Of a DNA stretch of 64,000 nucleotides, positions 33,294-43,265 are shown piece by piece. The stretch is from Desulfomonilia bacterium (GTDB lineage: Bacteria > Desulfobacterota > Desulfomonilia > UBA1062): contig CAXXDQ010000003.1 of NCBI GenBank assembly GCA_963664325.2, positions 96,001 through 160,000 of the forward strand, read 5' to 3'. Both the position numbers and the translations under genes were made by a program. The notes under the pieces were generated by a model. It was not told where the DNA came from. It saw nothing but the letters and a program-made list of their open reading frames with translations, and ran no database searches. Position 1 is the first letter of the stretch, and every line of letters starts with the position of its first letter.

Positions 33294-34190
33294 ATGAGAG
33301 ATGAGGCTTCGGAAAAGGTTTTCCGGGACATAATGAGGCATGTACCTCTTGCCGGTAAAACCGCCGGGGAACTCAGGGAAAGCTTTGAAACGCTGTGCAG
33401 GGAGTATGATTCCGCCCAGGAACTTATCAAAGAGAAAATACGGATAAAGGATATCGATGCATTCTGGGTATACCCTCCGGGGACCCCTGAAGGCCCGGTC
33501 ATATTGTTCTTCCACGGAGGGGCTTTCATTCTCGGCTCAACCGGGGATCACATAGAAGTCATCGGGAGGCTTTCAAGGGCCTCCGGCGTGCGCGTATTGA
33601 GCATCGACTACAGGCTTGCACCAGAGCATCCGTTCCCTGTCGCAAACGGGGACTGTCTTGAGGCCTATCTGTGGCTGACAGGAGGCGGGTTAAGTTCTGG
33701 CAATATCTGCCTTGCCGGAGACTCGGCCGGAGGTACGCTTGTTTTGAATACGCTCTTAAGACTTAAGGATATGGGAGAAAAAATGCCGGCCGGCGCATAC
33801 TGCATGTCACCGGGAACTGATATGAATCATGATTCCGATTCGATCAAGCGGAATCTTAAAACCGACTGGCTCACTCCTGATACCTTTGCAGGCGTCAAAA
33901 TTCTATACCTGGCCGGGGCAGCCCCGAATCTTCCCGGGGCGTCCCCACTTTATGCCGACCTGAAAGGGCTTCCACCCCTGCTCATCCAGGCCGGTACTGC
34001 CGAGATGCTTCTCGATGATTCGATTAAATTTGCCGGCAAAGCCCGAAAGGCCGGGGTTGACGTTACCCTTGAACTATTAGACGGCATGTTTCACTGCTGC
34101 CAGCTTTTTGCATCGAAACTGCCCCAGGGGCAGGAGGCCCTGGAGAGCGCTGGACGCTTTATCAGATGGGTTCTTCATCAACCTAAATGA
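33294..34190 (+). CDS. HSL-family esterase (alpha/beta hydrolase_3)
   Basis: HGGAF, DYRLAPEHPFP, GDSAGG, GMFH; GGAGG RBS. Confidence 0.9.
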   Translation: MRDEASEKVFRDIMRHVPLAGKTAGELRESFETLCREYDSAQELIKEKIRIKDIDAFWVYPPGTPEGPVILFFHGGAFILGSTGDHIEVIGRLSRASGVRVLSIDYRLAPEHPFPVANGDCLEAYLWLTGGGLSSGNICLAGDSAGGTLVLNTLLRLKDMGEKMPAGAYCMSPGTDMNHDSDSIKRNLKTDWLTPDTFAGVKILYLAGAAPNLPGASPLYADLKGLPPLLIQAGTAEMLLDDSIKFAGKARKAGVDVTLELLDGMFHCCQLFASKLPQGQEALESAGRFIRWVLHQPK

Positions 34191-34504
34191 ACTATAAAGA
34201 TATATTGAAGAATCAATAATCCGGATTATTTCAGTGTGGAATCAGGGGTTCAAGTGGTAATAAATCAGAGGTGTCAGTTAAAGTTAAAACATCCACGTCT
34301 GACCAACTGAATGGAGATTTTATAATAAGGTCAGGGAACCGTCGCCTCAAATTATTTATTTCTTGCTACTCAAAATTATTGGCTATTGTGTATAGTTCTC
34401 ATTGACAGGTTACGTTTTCATTGATACTCATATTATCTGAGTTGTTTTGTATTTTGTAATTATGCACTAATTTATTATATTAATTATATAAGGAGAATTG
34501 GATT

Positions 34505-36625
34505 ATGTTTCAACATCAAAATAGATTTCATTTCGTTTGTTTATTTGTCGTTGCTTTGTCATTTATTGTGTCTTCATGTGTTACCGTAAAATGGGAACCA
34601 AGTACGCTTCCTAATGCTACATCCCAATGTTATTATGACACAGTGGTAAAAATAACGCCATCTTCTGCAACTATGCCTTTTTTTACCATTAGTTATAGTC
34701 CGGGTTCAGGAAACCTTCCTGCGGGTCTAAAAATTATTCAAAAAACTCCAGGGATAAATGAATTCCACATTGAAGGACTGATAACAGATGCACCAGGTGT
34801 TTACAACTTTGAAGTAAAAGCTTTAAGTAAAAGCGAAGCAGATGATTTCAACATATATACACAAAAATTTACCCTTAATGTTTTAGATGGAAGATGGGCA
34901 GCATTTATACACCTCTGTTTTGACAATAGTCTAGAAGATTGGTCTAATCTAAATGTGTTTTTATCGCGTCTTGAAGGTATTAAATCGCGAGACACTAATA
35001 ATAATCTGGATATATTTGTTTTATTTGACAAAAAAAATTCTAACAATTACGACAATGGTTATTACAAGTTAAGTGGTGGTTCTTTCAAAAGTGATTTGGT
35101 AAAATCTTTTACTAACATTGATTCTGGAGATCCTCAGGTCAGTTATAATTTTATTAATTGGGCAAAACCTCAGACCAATGCTGCTAGATATATATATATA
35201 TTAAAAAATCATGGTAATGGGTTTTATAGTCAAAACTCACAGGGTACTAATTATACATTAGGTATAGGTTATGATGACACATTTAATGATTCTTTAACAA
35301 TAAAAGAATACGGAAATGTTGTAAGGTATTTAAAAGCTGGAAGCAAACCTCCAATTGAGTATCTTGTATTTGCCGATGCATGCTTGATGGCACAGGTCGA
35401 ATTGGCTTATGAAATTCGAAATGATGCCAATTATCTTGTAGCTTCTGAAAATAATTTTCCTATGGGATCATATGAATTTCTGGAAGAGACTCTAAATCAT
35501 CCAGATATGTCAGCGCTTACTCTTGGCAAGAACATATGTGATTCGGCTTATAATCAATTTAATCAATTTAATTTAAATATGAATTTCACGTTATCATTAA
35601 CAGATCTTAGTTGTATAGACGCATTGAATAGTTCAATAAATGATTATTCTAATTCGGTATTGAATTATTTTAAAAATTACCCAAAAGCAATTAATCTTAA
35701 TAAGTCTTATTTTATTGGCGCGGGTGCTCATGCTTTGGCATCAGATGATGGAGTTTTACCATATATGGATTTTGGATATTATATGGCCAAAGTTGCTAGT
35801 GACTACTGGGATCAGGGTATTAAAGATAAAGCCGCAGTTGCTTTGCAAGCTTATAATAAATCAATTGTATACAAAAGAAATTATGGCTATGAAAATTACA
35901 CTGGACTTACAATATTCCATAATCGTGAAAGTCCTGTTTTTTATATTGATCCAAACTGGTATAAGCAGATTACTTCTTTTGGCGCAACGAACAGCTGGTC
36001 AACGTTATTAAAAGAACTGGAAATACTTAGTTTTCCCTATTTGGGGTTTGAAAACGGTGTATTAGGAGATGTTTTAAACCCTTTAGGCTGGGTATTTGAT
36101 ACAAACACTTGGACTAGTATAGGCTCTGGAACTGTTGAAAGTGCAATTCAAACAGTAGGCCAGGATCCAATTGATTCAACTTTACCGAGAGTTTATAGAG
36201 GCAACTATTCTGCTCGATTAAATAGTTCAAGTGGAAATTGTCACATAAGCACTGCAATATATTCGATTCCACTTGTTCTAACTTTATTCGGGTCACCCCC
36301 CCCATTAATATTTTATTGGTCAGCGGTATTAAGCAATCCTGGTCATCCATATTATCAGCAGCCATATTTTAAAATTGAGGTGATAAATAGACAATATAAT
36401 ATCGTTTACTTAACAAGGTATCATTATTCAGGTGATCCTTTATGGTCAAGCTGGAAAACAATAGTTATAGGTTCTGCCCAATGGAAAATTATCCCCTGGC
36501 AGAAAGAAACAATAGATCTCAGCATCTTCACTGCGAACCCATTTGAAAATGAAATAAGAATTACAGCTGCGGATTGTTCTGAGAGTGGCCATGGGGGATA
36601 TGTCTACATAGATGCTGATAATTAG
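34505..36625 (+). CDS. Lipoprotein with clostripain-related (C11) cysteine peptidase domain, Ig-like N-terminus and extra C-terminal domain
   Basis: Lipobox VSSC; DNSLE, NHGNG (catalytic His), DACLMAQVELAYE (catalytic Cys), VASE; strongly AT-rich. Confidence 0.8.
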   Translation: MFQHQNRFHFVCLFVVALSFIVSSCVTVKWEPSTLPNATSQCYYDTVVKITPSSATMPFFTISYSPGSGNLPAGLKIIQKTPGINEFHIEGLITDAPGVYNFEVKALSKSEADDFNIYTQKFTLNVLDGRWAAFIHLCFDNSLEDWSNLNVFLSRLEGIKSRDTNNNLDIFVLFDKKNSNNYDNGYYKLSGGSFKSDLVKSFTNIDSGDPQVSYNFINWAKPQTNAARYIYILKNHGNGFYSQNSQGTNYTLGIGYDDTFNDSLTIKEYGNVVRYLKAGSKPPIEYLVFADACLMAQVELAYEIRNDANYLVASENNFPMGSYEFLEETLNHPDMSALTLGKNICDSAYNQFNQFNLNMNFTLSLTDLSCIDALNSSINDYSNSVLNYFKNYPKAINLNKSYFIGAGAHALASDDGVLPYMDFGYYMAKVASDYWDQGIKDKAAVALQAYNKSIVYKRNYGYENYTGLTIFHNRESPVFYIDPNWYKQITSFGATNSWSTLLKELEILSFPYLGFENGVLGDVLNPLGWVFDTNTWTSIGSGTVESAIQTVGQDPIDSTLPRVYRGNYSARLNSSSGNCHISTAIYSIPLVLTLFGSPPPLIFYWSAVLSNPGHPYYQQPYFKIEVINRQYNIVYLTRYHYSGDPLWSSWKTIVIGSAQWKIIPWQKETIDLSIFTANPFENEIRITAADCSESGHGGYVYIDADN

Positions 36626-36733
36626 CACTGGTATAGAATATATACCATGTTTTCAAATAACATTTTAATAAGCACTTGGAGATTCTGTGTTAGTTTATTG
36701 CAATATGAAAACCCTAAGAAAAGGCTAATAATT

Positions 36734-37333
36734 ATGATGTTAACTAATAGAAAGAATATTTTAATAATTACTATTTTTCTTTTTGTTCTTTCCTATCCGG
36801 TTTATTTGCATGCTACAATTGCAACTAGATTAGTTTCAGGCAGAGTGCTTGATAAAAAAACTGGTGAACCTATAAGAAACGCTATTGTCTATCCCGGTAC
36901 AGGAGATGATGAATCAAGAAGAAGGACCACTGACATAAAGGGAGAGTTCAAAATACCTGTTTATTGTACAGGTGTTCTTAATGTTTATAAAAAAGGTTAT
37001 TTGCACTCAGGGAAGTTTATGGATCTTTCAACAGACAATATTAATTTCGAACTTGAGAAAGTTCCTATCCAACAAATTACATTGAAAGGGAAAATTATAG
37101 AACAAATAGTCGCCAAAGGCACATATAGTGAAAACCACTATTTGAAAATAGAAATTTCTCCTGAAGTTAAAATGTTTATATTTGATAAAATAGGATACAA
37201 TCGATTATCTGACAGAGAAAAATGGATTGGCAAGAAAGTACGCATAGAGGGCTACAAGGGAATGGGCACCGCCGGCTGGCAGTGGGATCATGTGGAGGGC
37301 ATCTATATTGAACACATTAAATTATTACCATAA
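36734..37333 (+). CDS. Secreted protein with carboxypeptidase regulatory-like domain
   Basis: Signal peptide; VSGRVLDKKTGEPIxNAxV...TTDxKGEF..KKGY; AT-rich. Confidence 0.7.
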   Translation: MMLTNRKNILIITIFLFVLSYPVYLHATIATRLVSGRVLDKKTGEPIRNAIVYPGTGDDESRRRTTDIKGEFKIPVYCTGVLNVYKKGYLHSGKFMDLSTDNINFELEKVPIQQITLKGKIIEQIVAKGTYSENHYLKIEISPEVKMFIFDKIGYNRLSDREKWIGKKVRIEGYKGMGTAGWQWDHVEGIYIEHIKLLP

Positions 37334-37426
37334 TAAATAAAAAATTATTTGTTGTTTTTTTCTTTTAATATGCCGTGCCATTATTAAGATTTAGTAGTTT
37401 TACCAAAACACTAAATATTTCAAAAA

Positions 37427-37570
37427 AGTCTGTCGAAAAAATTGACAAGCTTTAAAATCATAAGATATAGACCATCAAGACCCGAGTCCCGATGAATATT
37501 TTCCCATTGTAGACCATTTTATGAGGAAATTTTTTTGTCACTTTTCATCATTTTAGTTTTTCGACAGTCT
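37427..37570. mobile_element. Non-coding 144-bp element with IS-like terminal inverted repeats (possible MITE/IS scar)
   Basis: AGTCTGTCGAAAAA (37427-37440) versus reverse complement of 37557-37570 AGACTGTCGAAAAA, 13/14. Confidence 0.45.
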
Positions 37571-37726
37571 CAAAGAAATTTTATATTAATTTATCAACAA
37601 GTTATTCTAAAGACAACTGCAAGGAACCGCTAATCGCCCGTGTAACAATTGTTGAAGGAAAGGTTTATTGTCTAGAATAATACTGCCCAAAAAACGAATT
37701 TTCCAACATCATTGACAGTGTTGCTG

Positions 37727-38563
37727 TCAGGATTCAAAGTCAAGCCGCTTTCTGAGAATCTCCCTCTGCCTTTTGAATATGTAATGGACGATATCCTCTT
37801 TCGTATCAGGGGCCATGTGCAGGAACCGGGCGACAACGGAGTGCTGTTCTTTTCCCTCCACGGCAAGGGTTTTGACCCTTATCACCTCTGCAATCACCCT
37901 GATATACAAAAGCGGCGACATGGGCAGAACCATGTGAAACTCGATAATATCCATTACATCCAGAGGCGTCTGTGAAATGAACCTTATCCCGCCTGCGCTG
38001 ATGTTTACATCTTTTGGCGAGGACCGGATAAGCTCCTTGAATTCATCGGTCAGTAGCATCAGGATAACTAGGTCAAGCTTCCTGTTTAATTCCCATATGT
38101 CGTGGTTTGCCTTCGCATCATGGGTATAGGGTATGTCCTCAGAGCCGGTTATTCCATATCTGCCCTTGATGAAAGAATTTATAAGCAGCTTTTCCGAATG
38201 TATCCTTGCCAGGGCGAGCGATATCACATCCTCGCTTTCATGGACATGGCCCAGAAGCGTCGCCTTGTAGAATATCTTGTCATTTATCCGGACATCTTCT
38301 CGGCGTTCATCGGCAGGTTTTGCCTGAGCTTCAATGCTGAGCCTGATGCCGGTATTTGTCGTCTCGATGACTTTGGCCAATACGGAATCCTTGCCGTCAG
38401 ATATCTTTATAAGATTCTCAGGCTCGATACTGAAAGGTTTGGCCGGTCTGAATATGAATATATCCTCGCCGATCAGGTCGGTTATCACGCCCCCAATGAT
38501 ATTGCCCTTGGCCGTTTGTAGCGACAGCGGCACCCTGATATCCAACAGTTTGTCAATGTTCAT
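37727..38563 (-). CDS. PilZ domain c-di-GMP receptor
   Basis: ERREDVR (RxxxR) and NISAGG (D/NxSxxG). Confidence 0.85.
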   Translation of the reverse strand: MNIDKLLDIRVPLSLQTAKGNIIGGVITDLIGEDIFIFRPAKPFSIEPENLIKISDGKDSVLAKVIETTNTGIRLSIEAQAKPADERREDVRINDKIFYKATLLGHVHESEDVISLALARIHSEKLLINSFIKGRYGITGSEDIPYTHDAKANHDIWELNRKLDLVILMLLTDEFKELIRSSPKDVNISAGGIRFISQTPLDVMDIIEFHMVLPMSPLLYIRVIAEVIRVKTLAVEGKEQHSVVARFLHMAPDTKEDIVHYIFKRQREILRKRLDFES

Positions 38564-38573
38564 ATGAGTTTTT

Positions 38574-38602
38574 TTATCGGCAGGAGATGGTCCATATATT
38601 AA
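38574..38602 (-). promoter_or_regulatory. Possible sigma28-type promoter of the PilZ gene
   Basis: GCCGATAA 10 nt upstream of ATG; TAAT 16 nt upstream of it. Confidence 0.45.
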
Positions 38603-38705
38603 TAAATTTTTCAAAACGTTGTTTTTTTCCCTTTATTGTGCAAGTTATGAATATTGAAATAATGGTATCGTTGCGCTATAAAAAAGATTTAAGGAGTAAA
38701 CGGCC

Positions 38706-39158
38706 ATGAAAGAAAAGTTTGACGAGACCGACTGGGACATAATCGGCCTGCTTGCAACCGACGGCAGAATGACGGCAAAGACCATGTCAAAAAAACTCGG
38801 ACTTGCCGAAGCGACTATCAGAAACCGCCTCACCAAGCTGGCCAGATCCAACCAGGTAAGAATCGCAGGTCTTATCAATCCTGACTCGTTCGAGGACAAG
38901 GTTGTGGCTCTTGTTGCGGTCGAGGTCAAGGAAGTTGCCAATCTTGATGTTATCGGGCAGCAGATATCCGAACTTCAGAGCGTGCAGAATGTAACCATAG
39001 CCTCGGGGCGCTATGACCTTATTATCGAGATTCTTGTGGATTCGAACAAGGGAATTATAAAGTTTCTGGAAGACGAGCTGGCCAAGATAAAGGGAGTTGG
39101 AAAAACCGAAACGTTCCTGATTCTGAAAAGCTTTAACAAATGGGTTATCCCTGTTTAA
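38706..39158 (+). CDS. Lrp/AsnC family transcriptional regulator
   Basis: DxxDxxII..L..DGR, HTH LGLAEATIRNR, SGRYDL, KTETFL. Confidence 0.92.
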   Translation: MKEKFDETDWDIIGLLATDGRMTAKTMSKKLGLAEATIRNRLTKLARSNQVRIAGLINPDSFEDKVVALVAVEVKEVANLDVIGQQISELQSVQNVTIASGRYDLIIEILVDSNKGIIKFLEDELAKIKGVGKTETFLILKSFNKWVIPV

Positions 39159-39195
39159 AACAGGTATTCTAAATATTACATACAAAGGTGCAATC

Positions 39196-39756
39196 ATGAA
39201 CAAGGAATTTATCGAAATCCGCTGGCACGGCAGAGGCGGGCAGGGGGCGATTACGGCAGCAAAGATCGTTGCCGGCGCCGCTTTTGTATCTGGTTATTCG
39301 GGTGTCGTAATGGCCCCGACATTCGGTACCGAGCGCAGAGGCGCTCCTGTACTGACATCGCTCAAGATATCCAAGGAGAAAATTTATGACCTGTCTCCCA
39401 TCGAGACACCGGACATAGTAGTGGTACTTGACCACCTGCTGCTTAACGAGGCGGACGTAACACACGGGCTGAAAGAAGGCGGAATTATCGTATTGAATAC
39501 CCCGAAGCCATTCGAATCATACGCATTCAATGGTTTCAGGCTGGCGACAGCCGATGTTACGGCCATATCGGTCGAGGCGGGCCTTCCTCATGGCATGGTA
39601 AATACAGGGATTATCGGATCACTTGAAAAAGCAATGTCCCTTCTGGGCATGGATATCCTCATCAGGGGAATCGAGGATGAGTTCAGCACCAGAAGGCCTC
39701 AGAAAAACTCGCTGGCTGCCAGACTGGCCTATGAAAGAACCGTTGTGGGAGGCTGA
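39196..39756 (+). CDS. 2-oxoacid:ferredoxin oxidoreductase gamma subunit
   Basis: EIRWHGRGGQGA, FGTERRGAP. Confidence 0.92.
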   Translation: MNKEFIEIRWHGRGGQGAITAAKIVAGAAFVSGYSGVVMAPTFGTERRGAPVLTSLKISKEKIYDLSPIETPDIVVVLDHLLLNEADVTHGLKEGGIIVLNTPKPFESYAFNGFRLATADVTAISVEAGLPHGMVNTGIIGSLEKAMSLLGMDILIRGIEDEFSTRRPQKNSLAARLAYERTVVGG

Positions 39757-39758
39757 AA

Positions 39759-40070
39759 ATGGGGACCAGGAATTACAGAAGGAAGACTTCTCACAGTGAA
39801 AGCGGACCCGGTGACGGGGGAAGGACAGGCTCATGGAGGGTAACAAGGCCGGTACTTAACAAGAGCCTTTGCATTCCCTGCAAAAGAAATGCTGAGGCAT
39901 GTTTCATATGCTGGCTCTTTTGTCCCGACGTGGTGATTTCAAGGACTATTCCGCCTACCATCGATCTCGAATACTGCAAAGGTTGCGGAATCTGCGCCGA
40001 GGAATGCCCGACAAAGGCAATTACCATGGTGGACGAGTCGGAGTTTGCCGACGAAGAGGATAAGGGGTAG
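39759..40070 (+). CDS. 2-oxoacid:ferredoxin oxidoreductase delta (2x4Fe-4S) subunit
   Basis: TGSWR..RP, CWLFCP, CKGCGICAEECP. Confidence 0.92.
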   Translation: MGTRNYRRKTSHSESGPGDGGRTGSWRVTRPVLNKSLCIPCKRNAEACFICWLFCPDVVISRTIPPTIDLEYCKGCGICAEECPTKAITMVDESEFADEEDKG

Positions 40071-40075
40071 ACGCC

Positions 40076-41275
40076 ATGCATATTATAGAAAACGGAAATG
40101 TGGCCGCAGCGATAGGTGTCAGACTCTGTGGGGCAAATGTCATTGCCGCGTATCCTATAACGCCTCAGACGCCCGTAACGGAGAAACTTTCGGAATGGGT
40201 TGAATCGGGAGAGATGAAGGCCGAATATATCCCTGTTGAAAGCGAGCATTCGGCGCTTGCAGTCTGCATAGCAGCGACCTCGACAGGGGCGAGGTCTTTT
40301 ACGGCGACAAGCGCTAACGGGCTTCTGTACATGCATGAGCAGGTGCAATGGGCCTCCGGTGCAAGGCTTCCGATTGTCATGTGCGTTGTAAACCGTGCCG
40401 TAGGGGCTCCGTGGAATGTCTGGAACGACCAGCAGGATTCGATTTCACAGCGTGATACCGGCTGGATGCAGATTTATGCCTGCGACCATCAGCAGATAAT
40501 AGACACTGTCATAAAGGCCTATTACCTGGCCGAGAAAACGAGCATACCGATCATGGTCTGCTATGACGGATATATCCTGTCTCATACGTACATGCCTTTC
40601 GATGTGCCTGATAAGGATAAAGTCGACGCCTTTCTGCCGCCGTTCAAGCCGGACTATGCCCTTAATCCGGATGAGCCGGCCAACCTGAACACGGTTACGC
40701 TTCCTGATGTCAGGGTCGATGTCAGGGGTGAACTTGCACACGGATACATGGAGATAAGATATCTTCTGCAGGAAGACCTGAGGGGGGCTCTGACAGTAGC
40801 AGCAGAGACGGAAAAAAGGTTTACCGATATCTTCGGAAGAGGCGGCGACCCTTACATCGAGACATACCTTTGCGACGATGCTGAATACGTGGCCGTAGGG
40901 CTGGGCTCTGTTACATATCAGCTCAGGGTGTCGGTTGATGTTTTAAGGGCCGAGGGCATCAAGGTCGGGGTGATGGGCGTAAAATTCTACAGGCCCTTCC
41001 CTGATGAGGCCGTTGCAAATGCATTGAAGGGTAGAAAGGGCGTGATCGTATATGAAAAGGCGCTCAGCTACGGTTATGAAGGTGCGCTGGTTTCGGACTT
41101 GAAATCCGCACTTTATGAAAATCTTGCAGGGACAGGCTCGATGCCGTATGTCCAGAACTACATTTTAGGCATCGGCGGACGCGATATAAAGACCCATGAC
41201 CTTACGGAAACTCTGAGGGCTGCAACAAAAGGCAGGCTTTCCAAAAAGCCCGTATGGATCGGGCTCAAGCTATAG
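40076..41275 (+). CDS. 2-oxoacid:ferredoxin oxidoreductase alpha subunit
   Basis: AAYPITPQT, VESEHSA, NRAVGAPW, RDTGW, YRPFP, GGRD. Confidence 0.93.
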   Translation: MHIIENGNVAAAIGVRLCGANVIAAYPITPQTPVTEKLSEWVESGEMKAEYIPVESEHSALAVCIAATSTGARSFTATSANGLLYMHEQVQWASGARLPIVMCVVNRAVGAPWNVWNDQQDSISQRDTGWMQIYACDHQQIIDTVIKAYYLAEKTSIPIMVCYDGYILSHTYMPFDVPDKDKVDAFLPPFKPDYALNPDEPANLNTVTLPDVRVDVRGELAHGYMEIRYLLQEDLRGALTVAAETEKRFTDIFGRGGDPYIETYLCDDAEYVAVGLGSVTYQLRVSVDVLRAEGIKVGVMGVKFYRPFPDEAVANALKGRKGVIVYEKALSYGYEGALVSDLKSALYENLAGTGSMPYVQNYILGIGGRDIKTHDLTETLRAATKGRLSKKPVWIGLKL

Positions 41276-41285
41276 GAGAATTCAC

Positions 41286-42191
41286 ATGCAGGCTAAGACA
41301 ACTATACTGACTTTACCGGCGGAGGAGTTTGTACAACCTGGCACAAGGGCATGTACGGGCTGCGGCCTGGCGATTGCCTATAGAATCGGACTTAAGGCGC
41401 TGGGGAAAGACACGATCCTGGTAGTGCCTCCGAGCTGCCTTACCGTACTTCAGGGTCTCTTTCCGATTGCCTCGACAAAGCTTCCCTGCCTTAATGTTAC
41501 ATTTGCCTCAAGCGCCGCGGCCTCTTCAGGAATACTTGCCACGCTCAGGGCGCAGGGCAAGGATAATATCAAAGTGGCGGCATGGGCCGGTGACGGAGGT
41601 ACAAGCGATATAGGACTTCAGGCGCTTTCCGGGGCCGCAGAACGGGGGGAGAATTTCATATACCTCTGCTATGACAATGAGGGATACATGAATACGGGGG
41701 TACAGCGATCCGGAACCACCCCGATAGGTGCAATTACAGCCAATACGCCGTTCAAGGGAAAGCTTCAGAATAAAAAGGATGTCCCGGCAATTATGGCCGC
41801 CCATAACCTGAGCTATGTTGCCGCATGCTCAGCCGCCTATCCGCTTGACCTTTATGACAAGATTAAAAAGTGCGTGGACATGCCGGGAACCAAATATTTT
41901 CATATTCATATACCCTGCCCGCCGGGATGGGGATTTGATCCCAGAAACGGGATTAAAGTAGGCAGGCTGGCAGTCGAAACGGGCTACTACGACCTTTATG
42001 AAACCATAAACGGGGATTTCAAGCTCACAGCCGCTTCGGAAAAACTGGTGGAAAAGCGCAAACTCATACCCGTCAGGGAGTATTTCAGGGCGCAGTCAAG
42101 GTTCAAGACGCTAACCGAAGAACAGATTGCCGGTATTCAGCAGATGATTGATGCGAAGTGGGCCGGGTATTATAAAAAGGACGAGGAATAA
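41286..42191 (+). CDS. 2-oxoacid:ferredoxin oxidoreductase beta (ThDP-binding) subunit
   Basis: ACTGCG, GDGGTSDIGLQALSG, YDNEGYMNTGVQRS, PCPPGW. Confidence 0.93.
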   Translation: MQAKTTILTLPAEEFVQPGTRACTGCGLAIAYRIGLKALGKDTILVVPPSCLTVLQGLFPIASTKLPCLNVTFASSAAASSGILATLRAQGKDNIKVAAWAGDGGTSDIGLQALSGAAERGENFIYLCYDNEGYMNTGVQRSGTTPIGAITANTPFKGKLQNKKDVPAIMAAHNLSYVAACSAAYPLDLYDKIKKCVDMPGTKYFHIHIPCPPGWGFDPRNGIKVGRLAVETGYYDLYETINGDFKLTAASEKLVEKRKLIPVREYFRAQSRFKTLTEEQIAGIQQMIDAKWAGYYKKDEE

Positions 42192-42193
42192 AA

Positions 42194-42221
42194 AACGAGC
42201 CCGCCATCCGGCGGGCTCGTT
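42194..42221. terminator. Bidirectional intrinsic terminator
   Basis: AACGAGCCCGCC-atcc-GGCGGGCTCGTT perfect 12-bp stem between convergent genes. Confidence 0.85.
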
Positions 42222-42258
42222 CTATTAAGTGCCGTTACCTTACATCCCGAGCCGGTTC

Positions 42259-43245
42259 TTATATATTGCAGAGGGCTGATTTCAGCGTATGCGTATTGAG
42301 GTTGCCGCCCGACATGATCATGACCACCTTCTTGCCGGCAAGCCTTTCCTTTATCTTGACTGCCGCCATAATGGAAGCTGCGCCTGCCCCTTCGGCCAGA
42401 TTATGGGTTGTATTCAGGGCAAGCCTTATGCCTTCCAGTATTTCTTCCTCTGTTAAAAGTATGACATCATTGATTGTATCCTTGAGAATTATGTAGGGCA
42501 GATTGAATACACTCCTTGCCGCGAGCCCGTCTGCAACGGTGTGCGCATCATCCAGAATAACGATATCGCCTTTTTTCCAGGAATTGTAGAAGGATGGTAC
42601 ATTCTGGGCTTCAACGCCGATAATTTCTATATCGTGTTTGAAGGCGCGGGCCGTTTTGACGAGAGAGGCGCAGCCCGCCCCGCCTCCTATCGGGCAGATT
42701 ATAGTATCGACATCGGGCAGGTCTTCAAGTATCTCAAGGCCCATTGTGGCCAGACCATTTAAAATTTCGGGTTCGTTGCCCTGCTGGACATAGTAATAAC
42801 CCGCGCTGTCCACGAGCTCTTCACAGTAGGACTGCGCGTCATAGAAATCTTCGCCGTGCACTATGAGTTCGGCGCCATAGCTTTCTATTGTCCTGTTTAT
42901 TTCAGGGTTGTTGTTTTCCGGAACAACGACCGTGCAGGGCACGTGGGAAAACTGGCCCGCCCATGCCATGGCCAGGCCGTGATTGCCCCTTGTGGCTACG
43001 AGGATGCCGTTCTCAAGCTCTTCTTTCGACATGTGATGATAGAAATTCAGAGCCCCTCTTATCTTGAATGAACCAGTGGGATTATGGTTTTCATGCTTTA
43101 TGTAAGCCTCGCATCCTATGAGCCTTGAAAGCTCTGAATAACAGATAAGGTTCGTCCTGTTTAAGTACCGGTTGATTACCGACCTTGCCATTAAAGCCCT
43201 TGTAAGGTTTACCTGTTCACTCAATACTTCGTATTTTTTAAGCAT
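42259..43245 (-). CDS. PLP-dependent threonine/serine dehydratase family protein
   Basis: KHENHNPTGSFKIRGA, TRGNHG, PIGGGAG, SGGN. Confidence 0.9.
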   Translation of the reverse strand: MLKKYEVLSEQVNLTRALMARSVINRYLNRTNLICYSELSRLIGCEAYIKHENHNPTGSFKIRGALNFYHHMSKEELENGILVATRGNHGLAMAWAGQFSHVPCTVVVPENNNPEINRTIESYGAELIVHGEDFYDAQSYCEELVDSAGYYYVQQGNEPEILNGLATMGLEILEDLPDVDTIICPIGGGAGCASLVKTARAFKHDIEIIGVEAQNVPSFYNSWKKGDIVILDDAHTVADGLAARSVFNLPYIILKDTINDVILLTEEEILEGIRLALNTTHNLAEGAGAASIMAAVKIKERLAGKKVVMIMSGGNLNTHTLKSALCNI

Positions 43246-43265
43246 CAGCCCTCCCTGATAATCGG

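Noticed and set aside
34237-34260. GGGGTTCAAGT resembling a tRNA T-loop or att site at the island's left edge
   Set aside because: No T-stem closure, cloverleaf or matching direct repeat at the right edge
37364-37380. TGGCACG sigma54 -24 box on the minus strand
   Set aside because: No TTGC at the -12 position
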